Shown in pieces: positions 39,180 through 48,961 of a DNA stretch of 64,000 bases. The notes beneath the pieces were generated by a model. The model did no database searches, had not been told where the DNA came from, and worked only from the letters and a program-made list of their open reading frames with translations. The translations under genes and the position numbers were made by a program. Position 1 is the stretch's first letter. Every line of letters begins with the position of its first letter. Source of the DNA: Gaiellaceae bacterium (GTDB taxonomy: Bacteria; Actinomycetota; Thermoleophilia; Gaiellales; Gaiellaceae); assembly GCA_036403195.1 (NCBI GenBank), contig DASWRL010000047.1, positions 1,462-65,461 of the forward strand, read 5' to 3'.

Positions 39180-40619
39180 TCACACGCGCCGGCGCCAGCG
39201 CGTGAAGACGTCGTCGATCTCCGCGCCCTTGCCCTCGGGGGCCAGCACGAACAGCACGTCGCCGGGCCGGATCGTCGTGCTGCCCCGCGGCGGGATGGCC
39301 TCCCCGTCGCGGACGACGACGGCGACGAGCGCGTCGCGCGGCAGCCCGAGCTCGCGCACGGCGGCGCCGGCGATCGCGTGGTCGTCGGCGACGGCGAACT
39401 CGACGAGGTTCAGCGAGCCCCATCCGTGGCCGACGTGGAGCGGTGGGCGCGGCACCGGCGCTGCAACGACGAGGCCGAGCCGCCGCGCGCTCCATTCCAG
39501 CGTCGTGCCCTGCAGCACCGCGGACACGAGCACGACGAAGAACACCGCGTTGAAGATCGTGTCGGCGCTCGCGAGGTGCGACGAGAGAACGAACGTCGCG
39601 AGCACGATCGGCACCGCCCCACGCAGCCCCGCCCAGCCGAGGAGCACGCGCTCGCGACGCGAGAACATCCGCAGCGGCGCGGTCGAGATCCAGACGGCGA
39701 CGGGCCGTGCGACGACGACCAGGGTCGCCGTCAGGCCGATCGCCGCGAGCGCGACGTGCGGCAGCCTCGAGGGGAACACGAGCAGCCCGAGCACGATGAA
39801 CAGGCCGACCTGTGCGACGTACGCGAGGCCCTCGTGGAACGTCACGAGCTGCGCCCGGTACGGCGACGCCGTCGAGCCGACGGCGAGGCCGACGAGGTAG
39901 ACCGCGAGGAAGCCGCTCCCGTGGACGGCGTCCGCCGCCCCGAAGCCGATCGCGGCGGCCGCGACGGAGGCGACGGGGGCGAACGCCCCGATCGACGGCG
40001 GAATCCGAGCGAAGGCCCAGGCCGCGGCGGCCCCGACGAGGACGCCGATGACGAGACCGAGGCCGAGCTGCCGCACGAACAGGAGCGCGAGATCGCCGAA
40101 GCCGTAGTGCGGACGCTCGATCCACGCGATCAGGCCGAGGGTGAGCGCGATCGCGACTGGATCGTTCGCGCCCGACTCCGCCTCGAGCGTCCGCGCGAGC
40201 CCCCGGCGCAGCCGTGTGTGGCGCAGCGTCGCGAACACCGCCGCTGCGTCGGTCGAGGCGACGACCGAGCCGAGCAGCAGCGCCTCCGCCCAGGACAGGT
40301 CGAAAAGCGCGTGCGCGGCCGCTCCCGTGATGCCCGCGGTCACGACCACTCCCACCGTCGACAGCAGCACCGCCGGCACGGCCACCCCGCGCAGGCGCCG
40401 CCACGAGGTCGAGAGACCGCCGTCGTACAGGATGGCGGCGAGCGACACGATCCCGACCTCACGGGCGAGGCGCGCGTCGTCGAAGGCGATCCCGCCGGGG
40501 CCGTCCGACCCGAGCACCATCCCGATGCCGAGGAACGCCACGAGCGCCGGAAAGCGTGTCTTCGCCGCACCGAGTGCCGCTGCGACGCTCGCCGCGAGCA
40601 CCGCGCCGACGCCGAGCAT
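39180..40619 (-). CDS. K+/H+ (cation:proton) antiporter, CPA1/NhaP2-like, with a C-terminal TrkA-C domain
   Basis: Multi-TM exchanger core with FLGIGMVLGSDG... and ESGANDPVAIALT. The C-terminal RCK_C-like region reads VRELGLPRDALVAVVVRDGEAIPPRGSTTIRPGDVLFVLA. Confidence 0.9.
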   Translation of the reverse strand: MLGVGAVLAASVAAALGAAKTRFPALVAFLGIGMVLGSDGPGGIAFDDARLAREVGIVSLAAILYDGGLSTSWRRLRGVAVPAVLLSTVGVVVTAGITGAAAHALFDLSWAEALLLGSVVASTDAAAVFATLRHTRLRRGLARTLEAESGANDPVAIALTLGLIAWIERPHYGFGDLALLFVRQLGLGLVIGVLVGAAAAWAFARIPPSIGAFAPVASVAAAAIGFGAADAVHGSGFLAVYLVGLAVGSTASPYRAQLVTFHEGLAYVAQVGLFIVLGLLVFPSRLPHVALAAIGLTATLVVVARPVAVWISTAPLRMFSRRERVLLGWAGLRGAVPIVLATFVLSSHLASADTIFNAVFFVVLVSAVLQGTTLEWSARRLGLVVAAPVPRPPLHVGHGWGSLNLVEFAVADDHAIAGAAVRELGLPRDALVAVVVRDGEAIPPRGSTTIRPGDVLFVLAPEGKGAEIDDVFTRWRRRV

Positions 40620-40682
40620 CGCGAGGCCGACGTTCAGCCGTGACTCCTTCGCACGCCCGGACCGTACTGGCCCGGGATCGGC

Positions 40683-42110
40683 TCAGCGCACGACGGCGAG
40701 CTCGAGGCCCAGCAGGTCCGCGACCTTGCGGAGCCGCGACAGGTGATGCCCCACCCCGAGCGCCACGTGATGCGTCGGGCCCTCTGCGCACCACGCGTCG
40801 AAGAACTCCGTCGGCCCCGACGCGAACCGGACGCGCGAGTTGGTGTTGCCGATCCGGAAGGTCGGGCCGGCGATCGACTCGCCCTCGGCGGCGACGAGCT
40901 TCAGGTCGCCGTCGGCCGTCTGCGTCACGCCGAGGATCGTGACCGGCCCGAGGCGCACCTTCATCTCGATCGAGAGCCCTGCTCCCGACTTCCCGTGGTA
41001 CAGCCTGAGCGCGCGCGCGACCGGGCGCCCGTCGGCGATCGCGAGGTGCCCCGGGCCGTCGTGCCCCATCAGCACGAAGCCCTCGTCGAAGTCGAGGCCG
41101 TAGAACTCGGTGTACGAGCCTCCCGCGCCCAGCCGGTCGAGCAGGAGCATCGCGATGTTCGTCTTCAGGTCTCCTTCGCCGGCGGCCGGGACGCCGCGCG
41201 CCGTGAGGAGCGAGTTGCCGACGATCAGGCCCGCCGTCACCCGCTCGGCGGCGTTGCCGTCGACGCCGCGGTAGTAGTAGGTGAGGCCGTCGAGGTCGAA
41301 GTCCGCGACGAGGCGGTCGAGCCCGGCCGCGACGCGCGCCGACCACTCGAACACCTCGGGAGTGATCTCCGCGGCGATCGGGTCCGCGGCGGGGGCGGCG
41401 AGGTCGAACACGCTGCGGATCTCCTCCCCTTTCCGCTCGACGTCGGCGGCGTCCGCCGCCTCCACGCGCGCGACCAGGTCGTCTATCTCGAGCACCTCGA
41501 CGTGCGCACCCGTCTGCGCCTGCACCTGGGTGAAGTCGGAGTACATGTCGAGCATCCCGGGGTAGGTGTGACCGAGGAACCCGAGGCGCGACGAGCGGAG
41601 AGAGCGTACGGCGCTCGCGGCGTCGAGCCACTCGCCGAGCGCCTGCCACGCGGGGTCGCCGTCGAGCAGCGTCCCCGTGACCGTCCGGTACGGGATGCGC
41701 GCGCGCGTGAACGCGCCGGCGATCTCGGGCACGCAGCACGCGGAGCAGTTCGCGAGCCACTCGGCCGTCGTCATGCCGTCGTAGTCGAGCGTCCGCGTCG
41801 GCTGCAGGTTCAGGATCACGGCAGGCGCGCCCACCGCCTGCACGACCGGCAGCACCTGCGACGAGGTCGCGTACGTCGCGGTGTAGACGAGCACGAGGTC
41901 GACCTGCGCCGCGGCGAGCTCCGCTCCCGCGGCCCGCGCTCGCTGCGCGGTGTCGACGAGGCCTGCCGACACGACGGCGGCACCCTGCTCGGCGAGTCGC
42001 GACTCGATCCCGCGCTGGTAGCCCTCGAGGCGCTCCTTCAGCCCCTCGAACTGCGGCCAGTAGGCGGCCAGGCCGATCCCGAAGACGCCGACACGCGCGC
42101 GCGCTCTCAT
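40683..42110 (-). CDS. L-arabinose/L-fucose isomerase-family protein (475 aa), last gene of the rhamnose transporter operon
   Basis: MRARARVGVFGIGLAAYWPQFEGLKERL..., GHTYPGMLDMYSD, GEGDLKTNIAM and GHDGPGHL resemble the AraA/FucI superfamily. ATGA overlap with the upstream permease stop. Confidence 0.8.
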   Translation of the reverse strand: MRARARVGVFGIGLAAYWPQFEGLKERLEGYQRGIESRLAEQGAAVVSAGLVDTAQRARAAGAELAAAQVDLVLVYTATYATSSQVLPVVQAVGAPAVILNLQPTRTLDYDGMTTAEWLANCSACCVPEIAGAFTRARIPYRTVTGTLLDGDPAWQALGEWLDAASAVRSLRSSRLGFLGHTYPGMLDMYSDFTQVQAQTGAHVEVLEIDDLVARVEAADAADVERKGEEIRSVFDLAAPAADPIAAEITPEVFEWSARVAAGLDRLVADFDLDGLTYYYRGVDGNAAERVTAGLIVGNSLLTARGVPAAGEGDLKTNIAMLLLDRLGAGGSYTEFYGLDFDEGFVLMGHDGPGHLAIADGRPVARALRLYHGKSGAGLSIEMKVRLGPVTILGVTQTADGDLKLVAAEGESIAGPTFRIGNTNSRVRFASGPTEFFDAWCAEGPTHHVALGVGHHLSRLRKVADLLGLELAVVR

Positions 42111-43174
42111 CGGCCCTCCGCGTGTGCGGCCGCGACGTTCCTCCTTGCGGCCGCGCTCCTCAGCCGCACGCGCGCGCGGCGGTAGAGGTCGGCGCCGTTC
42201 GGGACGATCACGCTCAGCACGAGCAGCACGCCGACGACGATGTTCTGGTCCTGCGCCGGGACCTGGTCGGCAGTGAGCGCGGTCTGCAGGCACCCGAGGA
42301 CCGCAGCGGCGATGACGACGCCGACGATCGTCCCGCGTCCGCCGAAGATCGAGATGCCGCCGAGCAGCACGACCGTGACGACGAAGAGCTCGAGCCCGGT
42401 GCCGGCGTCGTAGCGCGCCGACGCGAAGCGGAGCGTCCACAGCACGCCCGCGAGACCGCTGATCGCGCCCGAGAAGACGAAGAGCCAGAACTTGATCCGC
42501 TTCACGCGGATCCCCGCGAAGAACGCAGCCTCGTGACCGGCGCCGATCGCGAAGATCGAGCGTCCGAGTGGAGTCGCGTGCAGCACGACGCCGACGAGGA
42601 GGGCGAGCACGGCGAAGAACGCGAACGAGTACGGCACGTGCGTGTGCGGGATCGGCGTCACGCCGATGCTCGAGAGGCCGGCCGGGAAGCCGCCGATCGT
42701 GTCGGTCGGCAGGATCCCCTGGGCGATTCCCCGGTAGAGCGTGAGCGTCCCGATCGTGACGGCGAGCGACGGCAGCCCGACGCGCGTGACGAGGAAGCCG
42801 TTGACCGCGCCGAGGGCGGCTCCGAGAAGCACTGCCGCGATCATCGCCACCCAGATCGACCAGCCGTGCTTGAACAGCTCGGCCATCAGCACGCCCGTGA
42901 GCCCGAGCGTCGAGGCGACCGACAGGTCGATCTCGCCGGTCACGACGAGCAGCGTCAGGGGCAGCGCCATGATCGCGACCTCGCCGACGTTCAGGCAGAT
43001 GTAGAAGAGGTTCGACGACTGGAGGAAGTACGGCGACACCTGCGCGCCGTACGCGATCGTGCAGCCGAGGGCGGCGAGCAGCAGAACCTCCCACCGCACG
43101 ACCGCCGCGACCTGCAGCCGCCGTGGTGCCGCCGCTGGTACCTCGTCGGCGGGCCGGTGCACCGGCTCAGCCAC
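42107..43174 (-). CDS. Sugar (rhamnose-type) ABC transporter permease
   Basis: Ribose/rhamnose-type BPD permease with EIDLSVASTLGL motif. 8-nt overlap with the upstream permease gene. Confidence 0.9.
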   Translation of the reverse strand: MAEPVHRPADEVPAAAPRRLQVAAVVRWEVLLLAALGCTIAYGAQVSPYFLQSSNLFYICLNVGEVAIMALPLTLLVVTGEIDLSVASTLGLTGVLMAELFKHGWSIWVAMIAAVLLGAALGAVNGFLVTRVGLPSLAVTIGTLTLYRGIAQGILPTDTIGGFPAGLSSIGVTPIPHTHVPYSFAFFAVLALLVGVVLHATPLGRSIFAIGAGHEAAFFAGIRVKRIKFWLFVFSGAISGLAGVLWTLRFASARYDAGTGLELFVVTVVLLGGISIFGGRGTIVGVVIAAAVLGCLQTALTADQVPAQDQNIVVGVLLVLSVIVPNGADLYRRARVRLRSAAARRNVAAAHAEGR

Positions 43175-44207
43175 GCGACCTCCTTCGGGTGCGCAACGCC
43201 GGAGCGACGCGGATCGCGACGAGCCGGTCGAGCGCGATCGCGGCGAGAAGCAGCCCGCCCGCGATCGCCTGGCTCCAGAACGACGAGACGTTGACGACGA
43301 CGAGCGCGCTGTTGATCGTGTTCAGGAGCAGTGCACCCAGTGCGGCGCCGAGGACCGTCCCGCTGCCGCCGAAGATCGCGACGCCGCCCACGACGACGGC
43401 GGCGATCACCTGGAACTCGTAGCCGACGCCCGCGATCGCGTCGACCGACCCGTAGTACGAGAGCCACAAGGCGCCGGCGATCCCGGCGATCCCGCCGCTG
43501 AGCGCGAACGCGAGGAAGACCCGAAGGTCGACGGGAATGCCCGCGAGGCGCGCTGCCGCGGGGTCCGACCCGATCGCGTAGAAGTCGCGCGCCGTCCGGA
43601 AGCTGCGCATCGCGTACGCGGCGACCGCGACGGCGACGATCGCGATGATCCCGAGGTAGGGGATCCCGGCGATCGTGCCGTAGCCGATCTTGTTGAAGCC
43701 GTTCGGGAGCATCGACGCGTTGACCTGGTTGCCGCCTGCCCAGGCGCCGACGACCCCGCGGATGACGTAGAGCGTCCCGAGCGTCACCACCAGGCTCGGC
43801 ACGCGCGCCACGGTCACGACGAGGCCGTTGACGACGCCGCACGCGACTCCGATGCCGAGGGCGACGAGGAACACGACGACCAGCGAGGTGTGCGGATGGC
43901 TCCTGTACACGACTCCCACCGCGTACGCGGCGATCCCGAGCACGGAGCCGATCGAGAGGTCGACGTTGCGCGTGATGATCACGATCGTCTCGCCGATCGC
44001 GAGCAGCGCGATGATCGCAGCGCTCGACAGCAGGTTCTGGATGCTCGTCGTGCTGAGGAACCTGTGGTTGTCGATCGTCGTCGCGCCGACCACGAGCACG
44101 AGCGCGAGGACGATCCCGAGCTCGCGAAAGCGGTAGAGCGCCTCGACGAGGAATTGCGCCCCGCCGCGCGCACCGACCGGGCGCCGCTCGTGCGCGACGG
44201 CCGTCAC
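43167..44207 (-). CDS. Sugar (rhamnose-type) ABC transporter permease
   Basis: [15 protein letters not shown] motif and about 10 TM. GTG start overlaps the ATPase stop (GTGA). Confidence 0.9.
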   Translation of the reverse strand: MTAVAHERRPVGARGGAQFLVEALYRFRELGIVLALVLVVGATTIDNHRFLSTTSIQNLLSSAAIIALLAIGETIVIITRNVDLSIGSVLGIAAYAVGVVYRSHPHTSLVVVFLVALGIGVACGVVNGLVVTVARVPSLVVTLGTLYVIRGVVGAWAGGNQVNASMLPNGFNKIGYGTIAGIPYLGIIAIVAVAVAAYAMRSFRTARDFYAIGSDPAAARLAGIPVDLRVFLAFALSGGIAGIAGALWLSYYGSVDAIAGVGYEFQVIAAVVVGGVAIFGGSGTVLGAALGALLLNTINSALVVVNVSSFWSQAIAGGLLLAAIALDRLVAIRVAPALRTRRRSRG

Positions 44208-45721
44208 GCCGCGACCTCCACGACGCCGGTGGCGGCCTCCATGATCGCGTCCTCCGTCGCCTCGGCACGCGCGAATTCGCGCGTCACCCGTCCCTCGAAG
44301 AGCACGATGATCCGGTCCGCCATCCCGAGCACCTCGGGCAGCTCCGACGAGATCATCAGCACCGCGACGCCCTGCGCGGCGAGCTCGGACAGCAGGCGGT
44401 GCACCTCGGCCTTCGTGCCGACGTCGATCCCGCGCGTGGGCTCGTCGACGATCAGGAGCCGCGGCTTCCGCGCGAGCCACTTCGCGAGCACGACCTTCTG
44501 CTGGTTGCCGCCGGAGAGGGTCCACACGGGGTTGCTGAGCCGGGAGTACTTGAGCTGCAGGCGCACCGCCCAGTCCTCCGCGAAGCTCCGCTCGGCTCCG
44601 TGGGCGATCAGCCCGCCGCGCTGGATGCGGCCGAGCGAGGCCAGCGCGACGTTGCGCTCGATCGAGAAGTCCATCACGAGGCCCTGCTGCCGCCGGTCCT
44701 CCGGGACGAGGCCGACGCCCGCCGCCATCGCCGCGGTCGGCGATCCCGGAGGCAGGTCGCGGCCGGCGACGCGCACCGAGCCGGCGTCCCAGCGGTCGAT
44801 GCCGAAGATCGCGCGTGCGACCTCGGTGCGGCCGGCGCCGACGAGGCCCGCGAGCGCGACGATCTCGCCGCTGCGGACGTCGAGCGACACGTCGGTGAAG
44901 ACGCCTTCGCGGGTGAGGCGCTCGACCTCGAGGACGACCTCGCCCGCCGTGGCCGGCACTTTCGGAAAGAGCGCGTCCATGTCGCGTCCGACCATCGCGC
45001 GGATGATCGACTGCGTCGACAACTCCTCGACGGGCCGCGTCAGGACGTGGCGGCCGTCGCGCATCACCGTCACGCGCCGGCAGATGGCGAAGATCTCGTC
45101 GAGCCGGTGCGAGATGAAGAGCACGGCGTTGCCGCGGTCGCGGAGCGTCTCGACGATGCCGAACAGGCGATCCACCTCGCTCGAGGTGAGGGCCGCCGTC
45201 GGCTCGTCCATCACGATCACCCGCGCGTCCGCCGTGAGCGCCTTCGCGATCTCGACGAGCTGCTGGTCGGCAATCGAGAGGCCGCGGGCCGGGCGGTCCG
45301 GGTCGAGCCGCACCCCGAGCTGGTCGAAGACGGCCGCGGCATCCCTGCGCATGCGCCGGGAGTCGATTCGCCGGAACCGCTTCAGCGGCTGGGCGCCGAC
45401 GAAGATGTTCTCGGCGACGCTCAGGTCGGGGAAGAGCGTCGGCTCCTGGAAGATGATGGCGATGCCTGCGGCCTGCGACTGCTTCGCCGTGTCGAAGACG
45501 GCCTCCTCGCCGTCGACGACGAGCCTCCCGGCATCGGGGCGGTGAACGCCGGCGAGGATCTTCACGAGCGTCGACTTCCCGGCGCCGTTCTCGCCGACGA
45601 GGCCGTGCACCTCGCCCGGATACAGCTCGATGTCGCCGTCCTCGAGTGCGCGAACGGCACCGAAGCTCTTCTCGGCGTGCTCGAGCGTGAGGATTGGCTG
45701 GTCGGTCGGCGGCGTCGTCAC
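44204..45721 (-). CDS. Sugar ABC transporter ATP-binding protein (duplicated ABC domains)
   Basis: [10 protein letters not shown], a [15 protein letters not shown]-type signature, DEPTAAL, and a second half with [15 protein letters not shown] / [12 protein letters not shown]. Confidence 0.93.
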   Translation of the reverse strand: MTTPPTDQPILTLEHAEKSFGAVRALEDGDIELYPGEVHGLVGENGAGKSTLVKILAGVHRPDAGRLVVDGEEAVFDTAKQSQAAGIAIIFQEPTLFPDLSVAENIFVGAQPLKRFRRIDSRRMRRDAAAVFDQLGVRLDPDRPARGLSIADQQLVEIAKALTADARVIVMDEPTAALTSSEVDRLFGIVETLRDRGNAVLFISHRLDEIFAICRRVTVMRDGRHVLTRPVEELSTQSIIRAMVGRDMDALFPKVPATAGEVVLEVERLTREGVFTDVSLDVRSGEIVALAGLVGAGRTEVARAIFGIDRWDAGSVRVAGRDLPPGSPTAAMAAGVGLVPEDRRQQGLVMDFSIERNVALASLGRIQRGGLIAHGAERSFAEDWAVRLQLKYSRLSNPVWTLSGGNQQKVVLAKWLARKPRLLIVDEPTRGIDVGTKAEVHRLLSELAAQGVAVLMISSELPEVLGMADRIIVLFEGRVTREFARAEATEDAIMEAATGVVEVAA

Positions 45722-45767
45722 GTGATGAGCGGGAGGGGGCGCCGAGGCGCCCCCTCGCCGGTCAGGT

Positions 45768-46784
45768 CTAGAACTTGAACTTGTCGACGTTCTTGATGGT
45801 GAACGTGTACGGAGGCCCGAGGATCACCTGCGGGCGCTTGTCCGGCCCGTTGATGATCTTGTACTTCCCGAGCTTGCCCGCGGTGAACGTCTCGCCCACC
45901 TTGCCGGTGATCTTGCCCTCCGCGAGCGCGGACACCGCGTACCCGGCGAGATAGCCGAGGTCCTCCGGGTTCCAGAGCGCGAATGCCGTCACCGTCTTGT
46001 TGTGGACGTACTTCTTCATCTGGCTCGGGAGCCCGAGGCCCGTCAGCGCGATCTTGCCCTTGTACTTCGACGTGGAGAGGTACTGCGCGGCCGACGAGAT
46101 ACCGACGGTCGTCGGCGACTCGATCCCCTTCAGGTTCGGGTATGCCTGCAGCATGCTCACGGTCGCCTGGCGCGACTGCGCCGGGTTGTCGTTCCCGTAG
46201 TAGATCTTGACGAGCTTCATGTTCTTGTAGACGGGCTTCTTCAGCTCGAGCTTCATGTACTTGATCCAGGCGTTCTGGTTCGTCGCCGTCGACGCGGCGG
46301 AGAGGATCGCGAATTGGCCCTTGAAGTGCATGAGCTTCGCGAGCAGCTGGACCTGGCTCCGGCCGATCGTCTCGGTGTCGGCCTGGTTGATGAACAGCTG
46401 GCGGCAGTTCACGTCCGAGTCGAACGCGACCACCTTCGTCCCCTGCGCCTGTGCCTGCTTCAGCGCCGGGCACACCGCCTCGGGGTCGTTTCCGGCGATG
46501 ACGATGCCGGCTGCGTGCGCCTGGATCGCCGCCTGGATGGCCGGCTGCTGCGCCGCCGCCGTGTCCTCCGTGCCCGACGAGACGACCTGCGTGTCGCCGA
46601 GCGCCGCGGTCGCGAGCTTCCCGCCGCGGTCGGCGATCACCTCGTACGGGTTCAGCGTGTCCTTCGGAATGAAGTAGTACGTCTTGCCTGTGGTCGTGTG
46701 GCTCGAAGCCGCCAACGCGGCAGTCACGGCGACGCCTGCCGCGATCACCGCGGCGAGGACGACCGTCCATCTGCGCCCATGCAT
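45768..46784 (-). CDS. Rhamnose-type ABC transporter substrate-binding protein
   Basis: Signal peptide [26 protein letters not shown] and a PBP1 sugar-binding fold ([13 protein letters not shown]...). AAGGAG RBS. The track ORF to 48911 is over-extended. Confidence 0.9.
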   Translation of the reverse strand: MHGRRWTVVLAAVIAAGVAVTAALAASSHTTTGKTYYFIPKDTLNPYEVIADRGGKLATAALGDTQVVSSGTEDTAAAQQPAIQAAIQAHAAGIVIAGNDPEAVCPALKQAQAQGTKVVAFDSDVNCRQLFINQADTETIGRSQVQLLAKLMHFKGQFAILSAASTATNQNAWIKYMKLELKKPVYKNMKLVKIYYGNDNPAQSRQATVSMLQAYPNLKGIESPTTVGISSAAQYLSTSKYKGKIALTGLGLPSQMKKYVHNKTVTAFALWNPEDLGYLAGYAVSALAEGKITGKVGETFTAGKLGKYKIINGPDKRPQVILGPPYTFTIKNVDKFKF

Positions 46785-46849
46785 GCGGGAGCGCTCCTTT
46801 CGGATGAGAGGGATACGACGAGACCGGTGCACCGTGCGCCTCCTTCGCA

Positions 46850-48961
46850 CTACCGGGGATAGGCGGCGGTCACGCCGCCGTCGACGTTGACGACATTGCC
46901 GGTGGACTTTGCGGAGCGGGGACCGGCGAAGAACGCGATGGCCTCGGCGACGTCCTCGGGGAGGACGGCGACACCGAGCTTGGTGCGCCCCTTGTAGAAG
47001 CTCTGCAGCTCCTCGGTGCTGACGCCGTAGGTGCTCGCACGCTCCGCCTTCCAGTCGGACGACCAGATGCTCGAGCCCTGGATCACGGCGTCGGGGTTGA
47101 CCGTGTTGACGCGGACACCGTGCGGGCCGCCCTCCTCGGCGAGGCACCGGGCGAGGTGGAGCGATGCTGCCTTCGCCGACGAGTAGGCGGCGGCGTTGGC
47201 GCCGGCGACGAGCGCGTTCTTCGAGGCGACGAAGACGACGGAGCCGCCGCGCCCCTGCTCGAACAGGACGCGGAACGTCTCGCGAGCGGCGAGGAAGTAC
47301 CCGCGCGCGAGCACCGCGTAGTTCTGCTCCCACTCCTCGAGCGTCGTCTCCGTGACCGGCGCGCTCGTGGCCAGGCCGGCCGAGGCGACGAGGATGTCGA
47401 GGCCGCCGTACTCGAGGACCGCCCGGCGCGTCATCGCGATCACCGCGTCCTCGCTCGTCACGTCGACCTGCACCGAGATGCTGCGGCGCACGCCGTGCGC
47501 CGCGACGAGCTCGTCGGCGACCTCGGCGGCCCCGCTCTCGTTCAGGTCTGCGACGACGACGTGCGCGCCCCTGGCGGCGAGGGCGCGCGCCGCGGCGCGG
47601 CCGATGCCGCTCGCACCGCCCGTCACGATCGCGACCCGCCCCGCGAGCTCGCCGCGCGGCGGCGCCTGCGCGAGCTTGTAGCGCTCGAGCGGCCAGTACT
47701 CGATCGCGAACGCCTCGGCCTCGCTGAGCGAGCGGAACCCGCCGAGCGCGTCGGCGGCGTCCTCGACCGCGATCGCGCGGTGGTAGAGGTCGCGCGCGAA
47801 CCGCGCCCGCCCGGCATCCGCGCCGGAGGTGACGATGCCGAAACCCGGGACGAGCACGACGCGCGGTCCGACCGGGTCGATGGGGAACCGGCGCGTCTCG
47901 TCGTCGACGTTCCGCTCGTAGTAGCCGCGATACCAGTCGGCGTACGCCGCGACCCCGCGGCGGAACGCGTCGCCGAGGTCGGCGCCTCCGGCGTCCGGCG
48001 CCCAGTCGACGACGAGCGGCTTGTGCTTCGTGTTGATCAGGTGGTCGGGGCAGGGCGCGCCGACCTGGCTCACCTCCGGCGTCCGCGCTGCGGAGGCGAA
48101 CGCCACCGCCTCCGGCGACCGGTCGACCTCGAGCACGACGCCGTCGGCGTCCTCGAGCAGCGCGCCCCGCAGCGCGGGGAGCGCGCGCGCGAGCACGCGC
48201 GTCGCGTCGTCCTCCCCGGCTGCTGCGGTGCCCGGCCCCCCCAGCCCGAACCGGCCTCCGGCCGCGCCGTCGATCGCACGCGCTGCGCGGCCGACGAACT
48301 CGATCGTCGACTCGTAGCTCTCCTCCCCGGTCTCGCCCCACGTGACGAGCCCGTGCTTCTCGAGCAGCACCGCCCGTGCGGCGGGATTCTCCTCGAGCAA
48401 GAGGGCGATGCGCCTCGACATGTCGAAGCCCGGGCGCTGGTAGTCGAGCCACACGATTTCGTCGCCGAACGCCGTCGCCGCGAGATCGCGGCCCCGGGGG
48501 TTCGACGTCAGCGCGATCACCGCGTCCGGGTGCGTGTGGTCGACGTGCGTCGCCGGGACGAACGCGTGCAGGAGGGTCTCGATCGACGGGCGCGGCTGGT
48601 CCGGGCGGACCGCGGCGCGCAGCAGGTAGTCGACCATCTCGGCGTCCGTCATCGCGTCCCGCTCGCGAAGCGGCAGCAGGTCGTCGAGGCGGATGCCCGG
48701 GAACCCGCTCGGGCCGATCGTCGCGAGATCCGTCCCCGACCCCTTCACCCACAGCACCCGGATCGCGCGGCCGGTGTGGTCGACCGCGGTCTCCTTCGAA
48801 GAGGTGTTGCCGCCGCCCTGGTTCGCGAGCGCGCGATCCGACCCGAGCAGGTTCGAGCGGTACACGAGCGCGTCCACCACGGAGAGGCCCGCGGCGGCGC
48901 CGTCGTCCCACCGGCTCTCCGGGGCCGGAATGCCGCGCAGCACGCCGACCGTCTCCGTCAC
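46850..48961 (-). CDS. rhaEW: Bifunctional rhamnulose-1-phosphate aldolase / short-chain (lactaldehyde) dehydrogenase
   Basis: N-terminal class II aldolase-like region (RWDD...LVYRSNLLGSDRALANQGGGNTSSK) plus a C-terminal SDR (VTGGASGIGRAAA...YSSAKAA). GTG start overlaps the rhaB stop. Confidence 0.92.
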   Translation of the reverse strand: MTETVGVLRGIPAPESRWDDGAAAGLSVVDALVYRSNLLGSDRALANQGGGNTSSKETAVDHTGRAIRVLWVKGSGTDLATIGPSGFPGIRLDDLLPLRERDAMTDAEMVDYLLRAAVRPDQPRPSIETLLHAFVPATHVDHTHPDAVIALTSNPRGRDLAATAFGDEIVWLDYQRPGFDMSRRIALLLEENPAARAVLLEKHGLVTWGETGEESYESTIEFVGRAARAIDGAAGGRFGLGGPGTAAAGEDDATRVLARALPALRGALLEDADGVVLEVDRSPEAVAFASAARTPEVSQVGAPCPDHLINTKHKPLVVDWAPDAGGADLGDAFRRGVAAYADWYRGYYERNVDDETRRFPIDPVGPRVVLVPGFGIVTSGADAGRARFARDLYHRAIAVEDAADALGGFRSLSEAEAFAIEYWPLERYKLAQAPPRGELAGRVAIVTGGASGIGRAAARALAARGAHVVVADLNESGAAEVADELVAAHGVRRSISVQVDVTSEDAVIAMTRRAVLEYGGLDILVASAGLATSAPVTETTLEEWEQNYAVLARGYFLAARETFRVLFEQGRGGSVVFVASKNALVAGANAAAYSSAKAASLHLARCLAEEGGPHGVRVNTVNPDAVIQGSSIWSSDWKAERASTYGVSTEELQSFYKGRTKLGVAVLPEDVAEAIAFFAGPRSAKSTGNVVNVDGGVTAAYPR

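Noticed and set aside
46785-48911. Upstream extension of the substrate-binding-protein ORF (track ORF 45768-48911)
   Set aside because: The extension is an off-frame read of rhaEW. The true start at 46784 has an AAGGAG RBS and a signal peptide.
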